Assembly: GCA_021432655.1 (NCBI GenBank)
Contig: MU271250.1
Span: 62,001-122,723, forward strand
Direction: 5' to 3'
Length of the DNA: 60,723 nt
Origin: Atractiella rhizophila
Lineage: Eukaryota
Shown: positions 53,716 through 60,723 of the stretch, one piece after another
How the letters are laid out: each line of letters begins with the position of its first letter
Numbering within the stretch: the first letter of the stretch is position 1
The notes under the pieces: model-generated
The model's input: only the letters and a program-made list of their open reading frames with translations
The model's database searches: none
Told to the model about the DNA's origin: nothing
Position numbers and translations under genes: made by a program

Positions 53716-54207
53716 ATGGCAGAGCTACCAACGAACGGCATCTTCATTGCTCTGTTCCTCCGTACCGATCCACCTCAGCCTGACGATTTCCATTGGGCAC
53801 TGATCATCTCGACCACTGATGCTCAGGCAAGAGCCATCAATTATAAGTTTCACATATCAGGCTCGAATGGACGATGGATGCCCGATCACCAGCGTACCGC
53901 CAATTTCCTGAACTCGTTTTTGCTTGCTGGCTGCTTGCACATAGGGACTTTTCGAATTACCGACAAAGACATCCTTGAGCGGCTCATCACCGCCGACGAT
54001 CAATTGGTTAACTCCTTCCTGCCACCATACAATTGCGTGCAGTATATATTGAATGCCATCTCTCGTGTTGCGGCAGGTGGATATCTGCAACTTGCCAGTA
54101 TTGAGGCGTTGAAGCAAGAAGCTCTCCAATTTGGGAACACAAATAGCTCCTCAGCAATAAGGAACGAACAACCTCGACCAATTGGTGTGTCTGCAACTTG
54201 TACTTAG
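53716..54207 (+). CDS. Small intronless protein with HWAL..FH..NC motif (putative permuted papain-like/NlpC-P60 fold)
   Basis: Clean 163-aa ORF: IALF..DDFHWALII..KFHI..YNCVQYILNAI. Confidence 0.65.
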   Translation: MAELPTNGIFIALFLRTDPPQPDDFHWALIISTTDAQARAINYKFHISGSNGRWMPDHQRTANFLNSFLLAGCLHIGTFRITDKDILERLITADDQLVNSFLPPYNCVQYILNAISRVAAGGYLQLASIEALKQEALQFGNTNSSSAIRNEQPRPIGVSATCT

Positions 54208-54425
54208 CATATGTAGATTTTGGTAAACCGCTGAAAGATGAATTCAATAAATTGTTTTTGAGGAAGGTGATGGTGAACTGTAGCAGTGTATCGAAAGATA
54301 CCAATTGATACGAACGAAGGAGGTGAAGTACACACGGCAATGAAGTTGGGCGGGGTCACATGATCGGAATCTCAAACAGCTGGTTTGTCCGTTTGTCGGA
54401 GTCCTCCAACACTTAAGAACTTAAG

Positions 54426-55800
54426 ATGACACCAGAGTTGGGCCTGGCAATTTTTGATGCCATCGATGACGCCAGCTCCATTCTCATTGCAATAGGGAAG
54501 AAGGTCAAAGAAATGCACCAGTTTCAACCCAAGTGCAAGATTCTCCAGCAAGGCGCCCAGCAACTGCTGGCGGTCTGTGAAAGAACAAAGATGCATTGGT
54601 GGATCTTGCTATGGTTATTGAAGTCAAGGAATGCCTTCAGAAGATTGACACTTTCGTTGAATCCTGTGCGAAGTGGTACATACTAGATGTTGGCTTGGAG
54701 GTTGTAATCCACCACCGATTCCCAGCATTGAGAGGGAAGACCAAGAGGCTCATTGATCACTTTACCTTCGAACTGGTCCTCCCTAATTCCTTGCATAATG
54801 CTGGTTGCAAATCAGTTTGCCAACTGTATCGTAGGTCGAGACATTCGCTCGCCAAAGGGCGGGATTCGCCAATGTCCTAGCTCGCGTTCCAGAACCGGGA
54901 CTTGAAGAGAGAGTCTCTTTGCAAGCTCAAGCCGTCGTGCGGAAATACATTGAGGAAGAACATCAGAGACAGACTGGCAAGATCGGATCCATCCCACCAG
55001 CGACATCCAACATCAAACCATATTTCGAGGAAAGCGATCCCCAACTCAACATCACTTTCGGTGAGCAGACGAGAAATTCCCCTTTGACATGTTGACGGCA
55101 GTCATGCTGAAAGACGCGGCCGCAGAGGACATACGGGTATAAATACGCAATGGTGGGAACCCTGGAGCTCTGTCGGGCAGCAGTGCATCTGAACTTGCCC
55201 TCAACCGCGTCATCACAAAGTGCTGGTGCCTGCGAGCCGATATCCGACCATCAGCTAAGGACTTGACTAGAGACCTTCAGACTTTGTACCTGCAGAGTTC
55301 CTTCGAGACTTTGCGTGCACCAACAGATGCTGCAAAACAAGTAGAAGCCGACAATGTTCGAGTGCAGCTGGCGGCACGAATCAAGCAAGCAAGGGATCTG
55401 AACCCTCCTGGCACGGGAAAACCTGTTTCCATCCCTACCAGTCTCCTCGTCCCAAAGGATAACTTTCTGAAATTTCTGGAACTTGACGAACGGGATTCGG
55501 TAAGGTCTTACATCATTGGGGCTCTTGTTTTCTGCGGTCTTGTCGATCAGGAGAAGGATGTGTTGGGCATTACACTGGACATGGACCTTGTGATAGCGGA
55601 TCCAAAAGGCAAGAAAGCCCTTCCCGGCTTTTAGAGGGTTAGGTCATACTGATGATCAGTCTAGAAGCTCAATATACCTTCGCCCTCAAGCACCTACTTC
55701 CAGCTGTGGAAAGCGGATACAAAGAGGCATACCATGAGACCTGGAGGGCACAAGCGGCTCTTTCGAGGCTGTACAAGCAGAGATATGAGAGATTCGCAAT
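54426..55800 (+). pseudogene. Degenerate N-terminal helical bundle + protein kinase C-lobe + SEL1/TPR-like gene
   Basis: N-terminal AIFDAIDDASSILIAIGKKVKEM..KCKILQQ; kinase-like KFPFD..VITKCW..IRPSAKDL; C-terminal AQYTFALKHLLPAVESGYKEA; several stops and frameshifts. Confidence 0.5.
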
Positions 55801-56199
55801 GGCGCCGTGAGTTTCAAGTTAACTGCACCAGCATAACTTGTGTTGTTGTCTCTTCAAAACTCCATCCTTTTACACCTTGGAGCATCAGGACTTCTTCAAT
55901 GTCCATCGCCTCCCTTGAATGTACACTGGTACACTAGAGGAATGCTGACGTTTCAAAAACATTCCAAAATAGAGTTTGACCCCCTACCTGAGGCTTGTCG
56001 GACTGTCAGCCAGGTTCTGGCCGCCCTTGGGCGTACTGGTCTCAATGAATGTGAATGAATCAGGTCTTCATTTCCCTTCTCGGTCTCGTAGTCCTCTAGA
56101 GCAGCCAACTGGGACGCGATGTAAAATCCATCCATCCAGCCGATCAGCCCCAACACCTAGCTGCCTCAGTTCCAGCGCTAGTGCTATTGCTCATCGCCG

Positions 56200-57671
56200 T
56201 ACTACCTTTTTATTCCCAGTCTTTGAACTCACCATCTCCAACTCTCTCCTCCACTAACGAACGCCGCCAAAATGGCCATAAGGACCTCAACGATATCTGA
56301 GATCTGGTCGGCATAATAGATGTGCGAAGCTAAGGAAGAAATGGCGCTCTTGATGTGCCCAGCGAATTCGAGAGAGCTCGAAGGGGCAAACACGCGACTG
56401 GCTTGCGTGTGACGTCAACTATTCCGATAGCAGGAACGGCAGTGTCCCCTGCCAGGATGGTTGTGATCATTGTCAGGATGGGGGACCTAAATTCTTCTGT
56501 CCTATCCTTTTTTCGGACTTGCTCCGGCATCTTTTCTTTTGAATCCCTATGCTCAAATAGAGAAAGCCATTCTATCAGAACCTTCAGCGCCTGGGCTTTG
56601 TACGGCAAAGAGACTGTGTTGATGATTCCTGTGGCGAGCCACCGAGAGAATTCACTGGCGGCTGCATTAGATAGGTTCGCGAAAGACGCTTTGCTCCATC
56701 GCAGGATCGCGCCAGTGGTGAGAGAAACGAGGTTACGTCCATGTGAGAGATGAAGGAACGATCTGAGAATATTCACGGTTTCTCGCATCACTCAGATGTC
56801 ATCTGCAGCAACAGACTTTTCAGTCGTTCGAGAAGATGTAAAGACTTTGCTATTTTTGTTTTCAGGCACAATGCTAGGTAAATTCCAGTTTGTATAGACC
56901 GCTTGCCAATAGCCGCTGGGGAAGTGAGATCTGAGACATCTTGCGGGAGGGCTGATTGAGCAGAGGTGGATGCTAACTGGCATGGCGGAATAGTTACAAG
57001 GCTGTAAAGCACAGTGGTGAGACGAGGTTAATCTTCTCGCGGCATTGCGGTTCAGCGTATGTGGTCTGACTGAGAGTTGCCCCTTGTAAGACTTGCAAAG
57101 CTGACAACTTCGACCTGTGCACATCGAATCAGCTTGGGGATGACAACAGAACTGACAACATACCTAAAACCGGTGGAAGGTGCAGAGAGCAAATGGGCAA
57201 AGCGTCCGAAACAGGACTTGTAGTTTGCTCCGGTAGACTCAAGGAGGAGGAGGAGAGGTGACCCAGGATGAGAACACAAGAGAACTTTAAAATCAAATGA
57301 GGCCATTGTTCAAACATCGCAAGCAAAGACGTACAAGATTGGCTGCTCTGGCGACTATCTCGTCATCTTTGGAAAATGCGCTCTTCATGAGAGTGTCCAC
57401 AATCTCCAGCACCTCAGTCTCCCAATAAAAAAGCCCAACTCCGACTTCGTGAACCAAGCTTCTGCAAATGTCCAATGTCACTGCAACCGCGTTCCTTTTT
57501 GCTCTGTTTACAGCCTTTCCATTCTTCTCCACTAGGGCTTTTCCAACCTTTGCTATTTTGTTGGGCCGCTGCGTTGTGTAGAAAATGAGTTTGGAAAGAG
57601 CATTGGAGTCTGAGGGATTGTTGGGCGGAGGGATTGTTGGGCTGTTGATAAGTTTGAAGGTGGGACAGCAT
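56200..57671 (-). pseudogene. EFR3: EFR3 N-terminal fragment, frameshifted and 3'-truncated
   Basis: NALSKLIFYTTQRPNKIAKVGKAL..VTLDICRSLV and SSLASHIYYADQISD are Efr3-like signatures; frameshifts and a ~16-bp tandem duplication near the start. Confidence 0.8.
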
Positions 57672-57976
57672 GCGGAGAGCAGCAGCCTGTGGTTGTGAAT
57701 CTGCTTTATGAATTAAGAAAAGAATAAGGAATAAAGCGAGAGAGTGAGGAATCTGAAGCAGGGATCGGCTTGGTGGCTGAAAAGTAGTCAGATTGCGTAC
57801 GCACGTGAAGGAGAAGGTATGTCAGATGCAGATGGGAAGGGAAGGCTGAGACGAGATATGAATTGTGCATAGAATTATTTGACATTGCTCATGAAAGTGA
57901 CAGCACATGCAGCACACTGATGACCAAAGTGAGACTAAAAAATCCCGAATGGTACGAGAGAAAGATGAAGAAACAT

Positions 57977-59410
57977 CTACAAATCCTTAGGCAAAGAAAA
58001 ATAGCTCGAAAAGGTAGAATCATCCTTGAGGTGTGTAGACACGACATTGTAGATATGCAGGAGCAGCAGTGGAAATCTTCGACTAAAATATGCAAGGTAA
58101 CCATCCGGGAGCTCACCGAGACTTTTTCGTACATTATCGGGCAAATCTTGAAAATGATATTTCTGCCATGACACATATTATCAGCTCGAGCATAATCATA
58201 CAGAAAATGACAAACTTTGTTGCGGAAGACTCGTAGAAGATCCCGTACGGAAGTGCTATCGTATTTCCTATATTTTCCTAGGTTTTCGATCAATGATGGA
58301 TCAAGGGCTTTGTACCAATCGAGTCCAATGATTTCCTTTGAACGACTCTCGAGAGCAACGAGTATTGGATCTGGCAATTCGCGATCCATAGGCTCGAAAA
58401 TATCGCTGGCATCGGAAATAAAGAGCAGGCGTCGAGATGCCGGCCAGAAGAGAGGATGCAGAAGAACAGAATCTGCGTTTGGTCTGTGTCTGTCGATTAG
58501 CAATTAAAGACAAAAAGAGGCGAATCGAACCGTTTGCGAGCTTCCCCGTCCAACATTTGTAGGATGATGTCCTTTGCTTCCTCCTCTCCAAAAAGTTTAT
58601 CCATCGTCACTTTCTCATGAAGAATATTCATTTCCCTCTCATACTTCGGACCGTATGGATGTTCGCCGCCCGTTAAAACATAGTAGAAAATGCACCCCAA
58701 TGAAAAAATATCGATGCTCGTCGTTAGTCTTCGAACAGAAATTTCGTTTCCTCCAGCGCTCCCGGACAATCCTACTGTAGAGTCTCTTGTTGAGCTCAGC
58801 AGCTCATCATTCATGTTAACATCTCCACGTAATACCTCCGGTGCGCGATATCCATAACTGCCCGCAGCGTGATTGGCAGTCTGAAGGAAAGAGGACTCGT
58901 CGATATCCAGTTTCTTGCATAATCCGAAATCAGATATAAGCATTCTGATTCCACCTCCACTCTTTTTCTGTCTCGACACAAGGATATTCTGTGGCTTGAT
59001 ATCTCGATGGATAATCTTGAGCTTGTGCAGATGGCGCAGCCCCTCCGAAATCTGACGCAGAGCTTTTTCGTGGTTCGAAGAGGGTGGTTAGCTCCGGATG
59101 AGACGCAGGTTGCTCAACGATTTCGGCAAGTGATGCAGGACAAAGCTCAAGAGCAATGTAAAGAAAAGTGTCTCGCTGCTCTTTGCAGAAATATCGGATG
59201 ACGTGAGGGTGATCGTCGCTCTCCTCGAGCACCTTGACCTCGTGCTGAGCGATTGTGACAAAATCTCTCGGCAATCGCTTGACTGCGACGTCTCGCCCTT
59301 GGAATTTCCCTTTCAACACCACAGTGCCATGACTACCCCAACCCAAGATCTGTTCTCCTACGATCAAAGAGCCTATGCGACTTCCGTTCCCCCCCTCTTC
59401 GTCCTTGAAG
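57977..59410 (-). pseudogene. IRE1: IRE1 cytosolic kinase + KEN RNase portion (no luminal or TM domain); +1 frameshift at A-run ~59065
   Basis: ILGWGSHGTVV..GRDVAVKR, ESDDHPHVIRYFC, LYIALELC, HRDIKPQN, ISDFGLCKKL, RAPE, HPLFW, KYRKY..VRDLLRVFRNK/KYHFQDLP. Confidence 0.93.
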
Positions 59411-60568
59411 CCCAGCTCCAACTTGTTGACATCTTGTAATGCGGCTTTCTCAGCCGCTGTCGTCTCGTTCTCTGATGCGGCTGCGCGGCGCTCCGCCTCC
59501 TCTCTCTCGTTCCCCTCATCCTCCGTACCCTTCTTCTTCAACGCCTTCGCTCCCTCAGGCAGCCAACCATCCACCTCCCTCAGGTTCAAGCTGGGTAAAC
59601 CCAAAGCGTTGGCGGTAGCGGAAGCGGAAGCGCCGTTGGGCAGGAGAGTGTTGATACCATGAAGCTTGGTGGCGTTGAAGATGAGGTTATTGCAGTCCTG
59701 AATCTCATCCGCGAACGCAGCGAAAGCGGCCGCCTCTTTCCCCTGGGCATGCAGCTCCTTCTTCTTCTGATCCTCAAACTGTGCCTTCTCAGCTTTCTGC
59801 TTCTCCATCCGCTGATTCCAATCCTCTTGCATCTTTTGCAAATACTTTTCATTCGCGGATCTGAAGTTGGCTACACTCTCCTTTTTCTTGGTGTACAGAT
59901 TGTCAATCTGCTTCTGTAAAGCATTTCTCTCCTCGAATAACGCGTCTTTCTCTATCTGTTTGGTTTCCGAACGCTTCAAGATCTCGTCCAATTCCGCATG
60001 GAGAGACTGCATCTTGTCCCACGAAGACTTGATGGCGGGATCATTAAGGGAGGCTTTCAGAGCATCGATCTCTTTCTTCGTAGCGTCGATCTGCTCTTGT
60101 TGCGTTGCAAACCCTTCGACAACCTTTCGGGAGCGCATGTGGGAAGATATTTCAGTGAGGGTCCACTCTTCCTCAACAGGCTTCACAGTTGCAGATTCGA
60201 TCCTCTTTTCCAGCGATCTTATACCCGTCATAAATCCCCAACACAGTCAGGACAGGTGAGGGAAAACACACTTGATTTGATTATCCACCTCCAGCGTGGT
60301 CTTGAATGGCACCTTGCTCCTAGCAGCAGTAAGATCTAATATCTGTGCCAGGCTATCGTCAGCCGCGACCTCAAAGACTGAGTGATCTACCTGCCCTCTT
60401 GCGGTTGATCTCTAGCAGGTTCTTGATCTGATCCAGAATTTTCTTCCTGCCACCCTTGTTAGCTGCTTGGTCTCCCCTGACGGCGTCCAGCTCAGAGCGC
60501 AGCTGAGCCCATCGTTCTGCGTCGACGTTCTTGCCACAAGAAGAATCGATTTGGACACGAATCTCATT
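59411..60568 (-). pseudogene. BFR1: BFR1 (nuclear segregation / ER mRNP protein) fragment, 5'-truncated by the telomere and fused in frame to IRE1
   Basis: LRSELDAVRGDQAANKGGRKKILDQIK / DLTAARSKVPFKT..VDNQIK / SLEKRIES..EISSHMRSRKVVEGF..QID..LFEERNALQ..AFADEIQDCNNLI..LKKKG; two introns retained; junction position approximate. Confidence 0.8.
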
Positions 60569-60628
60569 CTATAAGAAAGAAGAGTTAGCATGCGGTTACA
60601 AACTGCCATTCGCTGAAAAGACCTGGAT

Positions 60629-60723
60629 TTAGGGTTAGGGTTAGGGTTAGGGTTAGGGTTAGGGTTAGGGTTAGGGTTAGGGTTAGGGTTAGGGTTAGGG
60701 TTAGGGTTAGGGTTAGGGTTAGG
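60629..60723 (+). repeat. Telomeric repeat (TTAGGG)n, ~16 units, chromosome right end
   Basis: Perfect TTAGGG array with the G-rich strand running to the end of the window. Confidence 0.99.

Noticed and set aside
58930..59065. C-terminus of ORF 58930-60231 (SSASDFGGAAP..) as real protein
   Set aside because: It is out-of-frame translation after the A-run indel; the other frame gives ALRQISEGLRHLHKLKIIHRDIKPQN.

Overview
Eukaryotic, intron-rich fungal DNA (short GT-AG introns of ~50 nt with CTRAC-type branch sites; basidiomycete by inference) forming a chromosome right end, which terminates in a (TTAGGG)n telomere at 60629-60723. 1-25 kb: Egh16/GAS1-like secreted protein, Pho80/Pcl-type cyclin, large coiled-coil protein, velvet regulator, large helical protein with one in-frame stop, HxxxD acyltransferase, and a BTB protein with an embedded CRIB motif. 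25-40 kb is a TE island: a PD-(D/E)XK nuclease-like gene, a nearly intact Helitron (HUH Rep + Pif1 helicase) with a divergent putative OB-fold gene, and a truncated Ty3/gypsy element whose LTR shows a Tf1-type self-priming signature. 40-54 kb: TEL2, a GNAT, a COX17 pseudogene, an NmrA-like gene, PheRS beta (769-bp intron), SET/MYND, and a permuted papain-like protein. The last ~6 kb is a mosaic of damaged gene fragments: a helical-bundle/kinase/SEL1-like relic, EFR3, and an in-frame BFR1::IRE1 kinase-RNase chimera whose 5' end is cut off by the telomere inside an intron. All family calls come from motif recognition by eye; no searches were run. Several single-base indels in homopolymers may be sequencing errors.
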